This document shows positions 8,707 through 17,442 of a stretch of DNA of 64,000 bases, piece after piece. Both the position numbers and the translations under genes were made by a program. The stretch spans positions 34,392 to 98,391 of the forward strand of contig CAVSCA010000007.1 of assembly GCA_963726325.1 (NCBI GenBank), in the 5' to 3' direction. Within the stretch, counting starts at the first letter, position 1. Each line of letters opens with the position of its first letter. Under the pieces are notes generated by a model. The model saw only the letters and a list, made by a program, of their open reading frames with translations, ran no database searches and had not been told where the DNA came from. The DNA is from an uncultured Actinomycetes bacterium. Its GTDB lineage: Bacteria; Actinomycetota; Coriobacteriia; Anaerosomatales; PHET01.

Positions 8707-8853
8707 ATGTTGTGGACCATCATCGGAGTTCTGGTAGTGCTCTGGGTTCTCGGTTTCAGCTTGAACATCGGCGGCGGGCTGATTCACGCGCTGATAGTCA
8801 TCGCGCTCGTCTTGCTTGTGTTCAACCTCATCTCGGGTCGCCGAGCCGCTTAG
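8707..8853 (+). CDS. lmo0937-family small membrane protein (48 aa, below ORF-track cutoff)
   Basis: MLWTIIGVLVVLWVLGFSLNIGGGLIHALIVIALVLLVFNLISGRRAA. This matches the MLWTII...GGGLIH...GRR pattern of this family (recalled from memory). Confidence 0.65.
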   Translation: MLWTIIGVLVVLWVLGFSLNIGGGLIHALIVIALVLLVFNLISGRRAA

Positions 8854-8963
8854 GGCGACCGTCGCGGGTCGAGCCCGCTGTCTTCAGACCACTCGACTCA
8901 GCTCAAACCAACCCGGCGCGCAGCATCGAGAGCCTGCGGGCCGGAAACGAAGGGAAGTACGTC

Positions 8964-9365
8964 ATGTCCAACGCAACTATGGCTTCAGTCAATCGTAGTC
9001 AGCTCCATACCGAGGTCCGTTCACCCATCGAGACCGTCTTGGCGCGCGTGGTCTGGTTCGTGTTCGGCGCTATCGAGATACTCATCGCCATCCGGTTCGT
9101 GCTCACACTGCTCGGCGCCAACGCCGAGGCGGGATTCGTGAAGCTCATATACACGGTGTCCGATGTCTTCATGGCCCCGTTCAACGCGATCTTCAGTACA
9201 GGCCGTGTGTCGGGGGCGACCATCGAGTGGAGTGCGCTCGTCGCGATCGCCGTCTACGCACTGATCGCATGGGGTCTTGTCGCCCTGATAGGCGTCGTGA
9301 GCCCTCGTACGCACGCTCAGACCGTCGAGCGTGTCGAAACCGACGAAGACGTCCAGACCCAGTAG
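8964..9365 (+). CDS. YggT-like membrane protein
   Basis: GAAGGGAAG then ATG 8964. IAIRFVLTLLGANAEAGFVKLIYTVSDVFMAPFNAIF resembles the YGGT repeat. Two TM helices. A GC-rich hairpin follows at 9372-9397. Confidence 0.5.
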   Translation: MSNATMASVNRSQLHTEVRSPIETVLARVVWFVFGAIEILIAIRFVLTLLGANAEAGFVKLIYTVSDVFMAPFNAIFSTGRVSGATIEWSALVAIAVYALIAWGLVALIGVVSPRTHAQTVERVETDEDVQTQ

Positions 9366-9420
9366 CCTACTGCCCGCCCTCAGAGACGGGGGCGGGCATT
9401 GCCACATCCCAGTGGCAGAA

Positions 9421-9437
9421 CTTGTGAAGCTCACAAG
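9421..9437. promoter_or_regulatory. perfect inverted repeat CTTGTGA-AGC-TCACAAG upstream of the csbD-like gene
   Basis: 7-bp arms with a 3-nt spacer, 30 nt before ATG 9467 and after the hairpin of the previous gene. Candidate operator. Confidence 0.3.
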
Positions 9438-9466
9438 TAGATCACTAACCGAAAGAGGCGAGGAAG

Positions 9467-9643
9467 ATGAGCGAGCACAAGGGCGAGGACATGAAGGGCC
9501 GCATGAAGGTGGCGGTCGGCGACATCACGGGTAACAAGGACCTACAGAGGGAAGGCAAGATCGATCAGGCCAGTGCTGCGACCAAGAAGACCGTCGACAA
9601 GGCTGCTGACGCCGTGAAGGACGCCGTTAGCCCAGAGAAGTAG
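9467..9643 (+). CDS. CsbD-family general stress protein (58 aa, below ORF-track cutoff)
   Basis: GAGGCGAGGAAG then ATG. MSEHKGEDMKGRMKVAVGDITGNKDLQREGKIDQASAATKKTVDKAADAVKDAVSPEK fits the CsbD pattern G..K...G..TG...L..EG..D...G. Confidence 0.75.
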   Translation: MSEHKGEDMKGRMKVAVGDITGNKDLQREGKIDQASAATKKTVDKAADAVKDAVSPEK

Positions 9644-9669
9644 TGCCGACGGGCGTTGGGGGAGACAGA

Positions 9670-10101
9670 ATGCCGTCCGACATCAGGGTGATCCGTCCGC
9701 ATGAGTTCCTCAGATCGACCGAAGATGGACGGCTCGATCTCGAGGAGAGCAAGCGGCTGCTTGCCGAGATTGCTCTGGCGTCGCCACCCTCGAAACACTA
9801 CGACGTACTCGTCGACACACGCAGCGCTCACTCAAGAATGACCGTGTCCGACCTTCTGGACCTGGCTTCAGGACTTCGCAAGGTCCGCGGATCGTTCACC
9901 GGTAAGACGGCGCTTGTTGTTCCGCGCGAGAGGCTCGACCACGCGGAGTTCTTCGCGGCTTGCGCCGAAGACAGGGGCTTCGAGGTGAGTGCGTTCACCT
10001 CGCTGGGCGATGCGATGACCTGGCTGATTGATGCTGAAGCCAGCACCGAGCGCCAGCTCGAGGGAGCACGGACTAGCGGGGGCGACTTGGGACTGGTGTG
10101 A
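9670..10101 (+). CDS. hypothetical protein
   Basis: GGGGGAGA then ATG 9670. Intact 143-aa ORF. No family recognised. Confidence 0.5.
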   Translation: MPSDIRVIRPHEFLRSTEDGRLDLEESKRLLAEIALASPPSKHYDVLVDTRSAHSRMTVSDLLDLASGLRKVRGSFTGKTALVVPRERLDHAEFFAACAEDRGFEVSAFTSLGDAMTWLIDAEASTERQLEGARTSGGDLGLV

Positions 10102-10373
10102 TACCGGACGCCTGTGTTTCGTGCCGGCGGAATGCCAGCCTCGCTGCCGTGTCGGCGGTCGGCAGACCTGCTCGACGCCGTCTGCGGTGACCGACCGCTT
10201 GCACACCGGGTACATGACCCGGCCGCCGCCTGGGTATCGCAAGCTGCTGCGCGGCTGCGACTCGGCTGTCAACATACGCTACGGGGTATGCTCACCCGTG
10301 CGTGCTCCATCGCGGCGCAGGGTTGACGCTCGTGTTTCCCTCTCATAGTCCGCCTGGAGAAAGGCAACACAGC

Positions 10374-10730
10374 ATGGCAGACACTCTCAGGATCGCTGTT
10401 CCCACCAACGGTGACGGCGGGCTGGATGCTCAGCGATCGGCGCATTTCGGTCACGCCGATTCGTTCACGATCGTCGAGGTCGCCGACGGGGCTATCGTTG
10501 GGGACCACGCGATGGCGAACCCACCACACTCGCACGGCGGCTGCGGGATGACGGTGTCGATGCTCGCTGAAGCGGGCGTGAGCACTGCTATCGTCGTGGG
10601 CATGGGAGGCGGGCCGCTTGCGGCAATGAATGCGCATGGGATGACCCCGTTCTTCGACGACCAGTCGCCCACCCCTCGCGACGCCGTTCAAGCGGTTCGT
10701 GGAGGGCAGACTGGCACCCTTCGGAAGTGA
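10374..10730 (+). CDS. NifB/NifX-type (dinitrogenase FeMo-cofactor biosynthesis domain) protein
   Basis: GGAGAAAGG then ATG 10374. RIAVPTNGDGGLDAQRSAHFGHADSFTIVEV...VSTAIVVGMGGGPLAAMNAHGM is the typical fold signature. Confidence 0.7.
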   Translation: MADTLRIAVPTNGDGGLDAQRSAHFGHADSFTIVEVADGAIVGDHAMANPPHSHGGCGMTVSMLAEAGVSTAIVVGMGGGPLAAMNAHGMTPFFDDQSPTPRDAVQAVRGGQTGTLRK

Positions 10731-10792
10731 CCACACCTGCCGAGGGCACTAGTGAGCGGCACGATCGACCAGAGCATCGGGAAGGGCACGAC

Positions 10793-11242
10793 ATGGATGT
10801 AGTGAAGGCACGCTGGGCGACGAACCGCCAGTTCGTCGGATGGGACTCGAAGAACCACGGGATCGTCATGGACACTCCCGCCGAGGGTACCGGCGAAGGC
10901 ACGGGTTGGCGCCCGGTCGAGCTGCTGCTGCTCGGCTTGGCCGGATGCACGGGCGTCGACGTGGTATCGATCCTCGAGAAGAAGCGCGAGGACGTGCGCG
11001 GTCTCGAGATAGAGGTGAAGGGCGAGCCGTTCCTCGAGGACCATCCGCACTACTACGAGTCGATCGAAGTGCTCTACCGAGTGACCGGGGTCGGCATCAA
11101 GCCGGAGTCGGTGGCCCGCGCGATCGAGCTCTCCGAGGACAAGTACTGCTCGGTGAAGGGCAGTCTCGGACCGCAGTGCGTCGTGACCACGAGTTTCGAG
11201 GTCCTCGAGTTCGAGCCTCAGATCGGGCCGAGGGGTCGCTGA
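10793..11242 (+). CDS. OsmC-family peroxiredoxin-like protein
   Basis: ATG 10793. RPVELLLLGLAGCTGVDVVSIL and SEDKYCSVKGSL carry the two conserved Cys motifs of OsmC/Ohr. Confidence 0.8.
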   Translation: MDVVKARWATNRQFVGWDSKNHGIVMDTPAEGTGEGTGWRPVELLLLGLAGCTGVDVVSILEKKREDVRGLEIEVKGEPFLEDHPHYYESIEVLYRVTGVGIKPESVARAIELSEDKYCSVKGSLGPQCVVTTSFEVLEFEPQIGPRGR

Positions 11243-11556
11243 TGTTCGGATGGGGAGTCAAGACCGTCACCACCGATGAGCTCGCCGACGCACTCGGCCG
11301 GGGCAAGCAGGTGCTCATCGACGTGCGCGAGCCCCACGAGTTCGCCGCCGGGCACGTCAAGGGTGCCGTGAACGTGCCGCTGGGTCAGCTCGCCGACAAG
11401 CTGGGGCGTTTCGACCGCAGCGCCGAGACGTACGTCATCTGCCAGTCCGGCCATCGCAGCGCGAGCGGAGCCCGGTTGCTCAAGCGGGCGGGCTTCGAGC
11501 ACGCGTACAGCGTCAAGGGCGGTACTTCGGCGTGGCGAGGGCGACTGGTGCGCTAG
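11242..11556 (+). CDS. single-domain rhodanese sulfurtransferase
   Basis: The start overlaps the OsmC stop (TGATG). LIDVREPHEFAAGHVKGAVNVPL and the active-site loop YVICQSGHRSASGA are present. Confidence 0.85.
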   Translation: MFGWGVKTVTTDELADALGRGKQVLIDVREPHEFAAGHVKGAVNVPLGQLADKLGRFDRSAETYVICQSGHRSASGARLLKRAGFEHAYSVKGGTSAWRGRLVR

Positions 11557-11665
11557 CTCGTTCACGACACAAGCTCCACACGTTCACTTCGCATTCATAC
11601 GGGGCCAATACCCTCCGAGGTATCGGATTCCCGCCGCACCCGCGGCATGACGAAGGGGACGCAGG

Positions 11666-12851
11666 ATGAGCTACGAACGTACGGACCGCGCGGCGCAGAA
11701 GCGCTCGCGAGTGATCAGATGGTCGGTGCTCGGCGTCGTCCTCGTGGGGATGACGGCGATCGTGACGGCACACCAGTTCGTCGCGGGAGCGGGCAAGCCC
11801 GTGGGCGTGGATGCGCTGTGTCCCTTTGGCGGCGTGGAGACCCTCTTCTCGCTGATCGCCGGGGCCGGCTTCATCGAGAAGACCGCAGCAAGCGCCGTCG
11901 TCCTGCTCGTCGGGATGCTCGGCATGGCGCTCGTCATGCGACGCTCGTTCTGTGGGCAGATCTGCCCGCTTGGCGCGCTGCAGGGAATCTTCGGCTCGAT
12001 CGGCGGGAAGCTGTTTCGCCGTCGGCCCGAGATCCCCAAGGCGATCGATCGCCCCGCCCGGTTCCTCAAGTACGGCGTCCTGGCGTTCTTCGCGGTGTGG
12101 ACCTGGCAGGCTGCGTCCTTGGTGATGCGCCCGTACGATCCGTGGGTCGCCTACGCGCACATCACCTCGGCGGAACTGTTCGCCGAGTTCGGCATCGGTG
12201 TCGCGATACTGGGCGTCTCTCTGGCCGGTTCGCTCGTCTACGAACGGTTCTTCTGCAAGTACCTGTGTCCCACCGGCGCGGTTCTCGGCTTGGTGTCGAA
12301 GGTCAGCCTGTTCGGCATCAAGCGGGACGAGGATGCTTGCATCAACTGCAGCGCGTGCGACAAGGCGTGCCCGATGAACATCGAAGTCTCGACCGCTCAA
12401 GTCGGTCACGTCCTCGGAATGCATCTCGTGCAACGAATGCGTCAACGCCTGTCCGGCCGCCGGCGCGCTTGAGGTCGAGCGGGGCCGGGGGCGCAAGCTG
12501 AGTCCCGCACTGGTCACGGGGATCGTGGTCGGCCTGATCGCAGTGGTGATCGGCGTGAGCACGGCCGCCGGCGCATTCGCGTGGCGGATGCCGACGCTTG
12601 GCGAGGCGATCGAGCAGCAGCACGAGTCGGGCGGCTCGGAGTCGGAGGCGCCCTTCGATTCCAGCGTGATCAAGGGCTACATGTCGATGAAGGAGATCTC
12701 CGAGGCCACCGGCATCCCGGCCGAGGCGTTCGTCACGAAGTGGGGCGTGCCGGAGTCGGACCTCTCCAAGCCCATGAAGGAGATCAAGGACCAGTACGGC
12801 TTCTCGCCCGATGACGTCAAGGTGTGGGTGGAGGGTGAGCTAGCGAAGTAG
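11666..12851 (+). CDS. NapH/MauN-like membrane polyferredoxin with C-terminal soluble extension; frame change near 12395-12415
   Basis: CX3CP motifs FCGQICPLG and FCKYLCPTG. Ferredoxin motifs CINCSACDKACP (frame 2) and CISCNECVNACP (frame 0, continuous with ORF 12525-12851). Confidence 0.75.
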
Positions 12852-12944
12852 CGACCGCACCCCGAGCGGCTCGGCGGCTTCCGATTCTGGGTATCGACCT
12901 TCAGTGCGTGCCCTGCAGGTCACCGAGCGGGGAGCTGGGCGAAG

Positions 12945-13350
12945 ATGTCATCGGACAGATCACGGACATGGCACCAGGAGCATGACGACGACCGGACCGC
13001 CGGTCAGCGCCTGGCGGACGGCACGGCTCGCGTACTGGGTTCTTGGCCGTTCATCATCGGGCAGACGGTCCTTGTCGTACTTTGGATCAGCCTCAACGTG
13101 ACCGCGGTGATGCGCAGGTGGGATCCGTACCCCTTCATCCTGCTGAACCTCATGTTCTCGGTGCAGGCGGCATATGCGGCGCCCATCATCATGATGAGTC
13201 AGAACCGCCAAGCCGAACGCGATCGGTACCAGGCGAACGCCGACTTCACACCAACGTGAAAGCGGAGTCGAGATCGAGGACATCCAGGCCCACCTGCACA
13301 CCATCGAGGCGACCCTGGGACGCATCGAGATTGCGACTGCCGTCGAGTAG
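12945..13350 (+). CDS. DUF1003 membrane protein; frame change near 13245-13270
   Basis: WDPYPFILLNLMFSVQAAYAAPIIMMSQNRQAERDR is the DUF1003 core. A coiled C-terminus EIEDIQAHLHTIEATLGRIEIATAVE* continues in frame 1 to 13350. Confidence 0.7.
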
Positions 13351-13513
13351 AGACCGGCGGTCGGCCGCGAGACCCTCGCGCAAGCCGTGCTGACGGTGGC
13401 TCTCGTCGAAGTGGCCGTGAAGTGTCGAGGGCGGCAAGCGCCTTGGTTGGGTAGGTATCGGGTGTGGCAACCACCCGGTAGCGGCGGTGCTTCCCAGTAG
13501 AGAGGAGACGCAC

Positions 13514-13675
13514 ATGATCTCGACCCCAATCTGGATCTTGACCGGGGTGCTTGTCGTGGTCGGGGTCGTTTGGCTCATCTCGCGCGCGATCACCAAGGGC
13601 CAGAAGCTGCCCATGCCCACGACGACTCAGGACGACACGCAGGACGCTCCTCCGGCAGACGACCCGTCCAAGTAG
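13514..13675 (+). CDS. small single-pass membrane protein
   Basis: AGAGGAGA then ATG 13514. MISTPIWILTGVLVVVGVVWLISRAI followed by an acidic tail. Lies upstream of crcB. Confidence 0.45.
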   Translation: MISTPIWILTGVLVVVGVVWLISRAITKGQKLPMPTTTQDDTQDAPPADDPSK

Positions 13676-13771
13676 AGCGGCGGTACTGCGCGTGCGCCCC
13701 TGGTGTCCGTGCGCGCCGACGCTCGGCAATGGGCTAGACTCTCGGGACAGGCAGGCACCGTGGAGGTTGGC

Positions 13772-14152
13772 GTGAGGTTGTCCGGACTGGTTGCGGTCTT
13801 CATCGGCGCGGGGATAGGCGGAGTGCTGCGCTATACGCTTGGCGGCGTGATGGCCGAGCGGTGGGGAAGCACGTTTCCCTTCCACACGATGGTCATCAAC
13901 GTCGGCGGCTCGTTCCTTCTCGGCCTTCTGATGGCCCTGAGCGTCGATCGCGGAATCGTCTCGGCCGAGATGCGGCTCCTGCTGGGAGTGGGGGTTCTCG
14001 GCGGGTTCACCACCTTCTCAACGCTCTCGTACGAGACCGTGGCCCTGTTCGAGCAAGGTCTCAGGGTCCAGGGGCTGCTCAACATGTTCGGCAGTGCCGT
14101 TCTGGGAATCGCAGCGGCCGTCGCCGGGCTTCTTGCGGGCAGGTCGGTCTAG
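13772..14152 (+). CDS. crcB: fluoride channel CrcB/FEX
   Basis: GGAGG then GTG 13772. GAGIGGVLRY...TMVINVGGSFLLG...GVLGGFTTFSTLSYE is the CrcB signature. Confidence 0.9.
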   Translation: MRLSGLVAVFIGAGIGGVLRYTLGGVMAERWGSTFPFHTMVINVGGSFLLGLLMALSVDRGIVSAEMRLLLGVGVLGGFTTFSTLSYETVALFEQGLRVQGLLNMFGSAVLGIAAAVAGLLAGRSV

Positions 14153-14162
14153 GAGGTCTCAC

Positions 14163-14503
14163 GTGCAGATCGAGGGCGAAGCCAAGCGAGTGACCATCTT
14201 CATCGGCGAATCCGACCGCTGGAATCACAAGCCGCTGCACACGGCCATCGTGAGCTGCTGCGCGAGAGGGGCGTAGCCGGTGCGACCGTGGTCAAGGGCG
14301 TCGAGGGCTTCGGGAAGAACAGCCGGCTTCACACGGCGAGCATCCTGCGGCTGTCCGAGGACCTTCCGGTCGTGCTGACCTTTGTCGACAAGCCGGAGCG
14401 CGTCGAGGCCGTCTTGCCCGCGATCGACGAGATGGTTGGCGGAGGGCTGGTCGTTGTGGACGATGTCCACGTGCGCCGGTACTCGGGTGCCGAAGACGGG
14501 TAG
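14163..14503 (+). CDS. DUF190 (crcB-associated) protein; one base apparently missing near 14250
   Basis: VQIEGEAKRVTIFIGESDRWNHKPLHTAIV (frame 0) continues as ...VKGVEGFGKNSRLHTASILRLSEDLPVVLTFVD (frame 2). Restoring GTGGAG at ATCGTGAGCTG joins them. Confidence 0.8.
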
Positions 14504-14515
14504 CATCGGACTGGG

Positions 14516-15308
14516 CTAGGCCCGTCTGAGCGCCTCTGCCAACCGCGGCGGCAGCCCCGCCGACGTCATCGCAGCGGCGACCGACTCGACGTCGTAGGAC
14601 ACGCGGTGGACGACCGCACCGACCCACACGTCCGGCTGTCGCCCGCCACGCCCGCCGCCGAGTCGGCGGTGGTCGCTCGCACCTCGTGCTCCGTGCCCAG
14701 CACGACCTCGACCCAGCACGCGCGCGGGTCGCCGTCCTTGGGCTTGCCCGCGGATCCGCTGCTGATGTAGTGGACGGTCCGCCCGTCGCCGGCCGACAGG
14801 CTTCGGTGGTACGGGATGTGGATGTGGCCGACGCACACCACGTCGGCTTCCGCCTGATCCGCCAGGCGGGCCAGCTGCTCGTCGGTGCGATCCGGCAGCA
14901 GGTACTCGTTGATCTTGCGCGGGCTGCCGTGAGCGAGCAGGATGCGCGCCGCGCCCTCGGCCAGCCGGATCTCGTCGCGCAGCGCCGCGAGCCACTCGTG
15001 GTCGCGGTCGTCGAGCGCCGCATCGGTGAACTCGTACGAGGCCGCGCCGTCTGCGCGCGCTTCGTCGGTAGCGTAGTAGCAGCCGCACTCGCCTCGGCGG
15101 TTGCCGATCCCGTCGTCGTAGTTGCCGCGGATCGTGGGGATGCCCGAGCTGCGGATGCGGTCGACCACACCGGCCGGATCCGGCCCGTAACCCACGAGGT
15201 CGCCCAAGCAGTACGTCTCGGCGACGCCGCTGCCTCGATATCCGCAAGCACCGCGTCGAGCGCCACGAGGTTGCCGTGTACGTCCGAGAAGAGCGCCAGC
15301 CGACGCAT
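14516..15308 (-). CDS. YfcE/MJ0936-type metallophosphoesterase; two frame changes
   Basis: MRRLALFSDVHGNLVALDAVL, LGDLVGYGPDP...IRGNYD, LAHGSPRKINEYL and VCVGHIHIPY lie in three minus-strand frames (ORFs ending 15308, 16095 and 15373). Confidence 0.75.
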
Positions 15309-15314
15309 CGCCGC

Positions 15315-16463
15315 TTACCCGTCCTCGCGGAGCATCTTGCTCGCGATGCAGACGTCCTCGAGCTCGCCCACAACCTCGTCCGCCTCGCCGAGCAGATCGG
15401 CCTCGAGCGGCACGGGCTCGTCGGCGAAGTAGCGCCTGCGCAGGGCCAGCGCGACGTTCACGAGACCGATGAGCACGGGCACCTCGACCAGCGGCCCGAT
15501 GACCGCAGCGAACGCCTGGCCGCTGTCGATGCCGAAGACCGCGACGCACACCGCGATCGCGAGCTCGAAGTTGTTCGAGGCGGCGGTGAACGACAGCGTC
15601 GTCGTCTTCGAGTAGTTGAGCTTGATGGCCTTGGCGATGAAGAACGTGACGAAGAACATGATCAGGAAGTACAGGAGCATCGGGATCGCCACGCGCAGCA
15701 CGTCGAGCGGTAGCTGCAAGATGAACTCGCCCTTGAGCGAGAACATCACGAAGATCGTGAAGAGCAGGGCGATCAGCGTGACCGGCCCGATCCTCGGCAC
15801 GAACACCTCGTCGTACCAGCACGCGCCCTTGACTCGGCGAAGGACCACCCGCGTGAGCAGCCCGGCGAAGAAAGGTATGCCCAGGTAGATTGCGACGGTA
15901 GTGGCGATCTCGGACATCGAGATCTCGACCACCGCGCCCTCGAGCCCGAGCGCGGCGGGCAGCACGGTGACGAAGACGTAGGCATATGCGCTGAAGAAGA
16001 GCACCTGCATGACGCTGTTCACCGCCACGAGCCCTGCCGCGAACTCGGTGTCGCCCTTGGCGAGTCCATTCCAGACGATCACCATCGCGATGCACGGGGC
16101 GATGCCGATGATGATGAGCCCGGTCATGTACTCGGGATACTCACTCATCAGGGTGACTGCGAGCGTGAACATGACCAGCGGCGCAACGATCCAGTTCATG
16201 ATCATCGCGAGCGTGAGCGCCTTCTTGTCGCTCATCGCGTCGGGCAGCTCTTCGAAGCGCACCTTGCAGAAGGCCGGATACATCATGAGGATCAGGCCGA
16301 TGGCGATGGGGATGTTGGTGGTGCCTGCCGAGAACTGCTCGATGAAGGCGGGGATCGCCGGAACGAGCGCGCCGGCAAGCACGCCCACCGCCATCGCCGA
16401 GAAGATCCACAGCGTGAGGTAGCGGTCGAGGAAGCTCAGCTTCTTGGCGACTGACTCGGTCAT
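15315..16463 (-). CDS. acr3: ACR3-family arsenite efflux transporter
   Basis: GAGAGGA then ATG 16463. [13 protein letters not shown]...MMYP...GIAPCIAMV...[13 protein letters not shown] are ACR3 hallmarks. Carries an acidic C-terminal tail of about 35 aa. Confidence 0.9.
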   Translation of the reverse strand: MTESVAKKLSFLDRYLTLWIFSAMAVGVLAGALVPAIPAFIEQFSAGTTNIPIAIGLILMMYPAFCKVRFEELPDAMSDKKALTLAMIMNWIVAPLVMFTLAVTLMSEYPEYMTGLIIIGIAPCIAMVIVWNGLAKGDTEFAAGLVAVNSVMQVLFFSAYAYVFVTVLPAALGLEGAVVEISMSEIATTVAIYLGIPFFAGLLTRVVLRRVKGACWYDEVFVPRIGPVTLIALLFTIFVMFSLKGEFILQLPLDVLRVAIPMLLYFLIMFFVTFFIAKAIKLNYSKTTTLSFTAASNNFELAIAVCVAVFGIDSGQAFAAVIGPLVEVPVLIGLVNVALALRRRYFADEPVPLEADLLGEADEVVGELEDVCIASKMLREDG

Positions 16464-16474
16464 CGGGGGTCCTC

Positions 16475-16830
16475 TCAGTCGCATCGGCAGAATCGGCAAG
16501 CATGATCAGCGTTTCGGCGAGCGCGTTCAGCGCGTCAGGGAGCAGACGGTAGTAGACCCACAGGCCGCGCTTCTCGGACGCGACGAGCCCCGCCTCGATG
16601 AGCGACTTCATGTGGTGCGAAACAGTGGGCGCTCCCAACCCCAGCCGCTCCGAGAGGACGCACGCGCACACCTCGTTCGGCGAGCAGCAGCGCTCGTCGG
16701 CGGTTCCAGCGCTGCTCGCGAGCAGCGACAGTATCTCCCGCCTCGGCCTGGACGCGAGCGCCTTGAAGACACGGTCGGCGGCGTCGTCATCGAGGCCGAG
16801 GGTCGACGCGGCAGGCAGCGTGATTGGCAT
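16475..16830 (-). CDS. arsR: ArsR-family metalloregulator; 3' end uncertain
   Basis: ATG 16830. ILSLLASS...[36 protein letters not shown]...RGLWVYYRL. The literal ORF runs to 16141 across acr3. A TGA at 16475-16477 in another frame sits just before the acr3 RBS, so an indel in the 3' part is likely. Confidence 0.75.
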
Positions 16831-17043
16831 CGACACTCGGACCCCCCTAGTTCGACCGACATCGAAACAGTATCGGAGGGCGGAGACGTGTCCGCAAGGG
16901 TGCGGCTGTAAGAATCGTGCAAACTCCGCGACGCGCGGGACCGCCCAGGCGGTGCCGCTCACCGACTGGCGGAAGGAGCGGCACCGTTTGCGCAGAAGGG
17001 GACAGCGGGCGGTTCGCTGTTGCTACCGGCGAACGGAGAATGG

Positions 17044-17439
17044 ATGCTGGGGTGGAGCCCCATCGATGTGTTGCCCGAGATCCTGATGGATGTCCCGGAT
17101 CTCGTGTTCGCCTACACCTGCGATGGGCGCTATCTGTTCGTGAACGCTGCGGCCGCCGCGTTTCTCGGCGTGAAGGCGATGGACGTCATCGGCATGCACT
17201 GGCAGGACCTGGGGTTCCCCGCCGAAGTGATGCAGCCGCTCGTCGCACACGTTGCTTCGGTCGCGAGTTCAGGACGGCCGGACTACTACCGCGCGTTCGG
17301 ATCGGCCGAGAAGGGCAACCGGGTCTTCGACATGGCCCTCACGCCGCTGTGGTCTGACGAAGGCAACGTTCTCGCGGTACTTGCGATCGCGCACGACATC
17401 ACCGAGTTCTTCCCTGACCGGCTCGAGTCGCTGTCCTAG
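17044..17439 (+). CDS. stand-alone PAS domain protein
   Basis: ATG 17044. VPDLVFAYTCDGRYLFVNAAAAAFLGV...NVLAVLAIAHDITE is a PAS fold pattern. Confidence 0.7.
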   Translation: MLGWSPIDVLPEILMDVPDLVFAYTCDGRYLFVNAAAAAFLGVKAMDVIGMHWQDLGFPAEVMQPLVAHVASVASSGRPDYYRAFGSAEKGNRVFDMALTPLWSDEGNVLAVLAIAHDITEFFPDRLESLS

Positions 17440-17442
17440 CGG

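Noticed and set aside
13351-13771. Possible fluoride (crcB-motif) riboswitch upstream of the small ORF or crcB; the segment GCUGACGGUGGCUCUC loosely resembles the GCUGAUGGCCUCUAC strand.
   Set aside because: There is no upstream hairpin with a GAUG-containing loop able to pair with it, and no AAAC linker. The resemblance is limited to a few bases. A covariance-model scan is needed to be sure.
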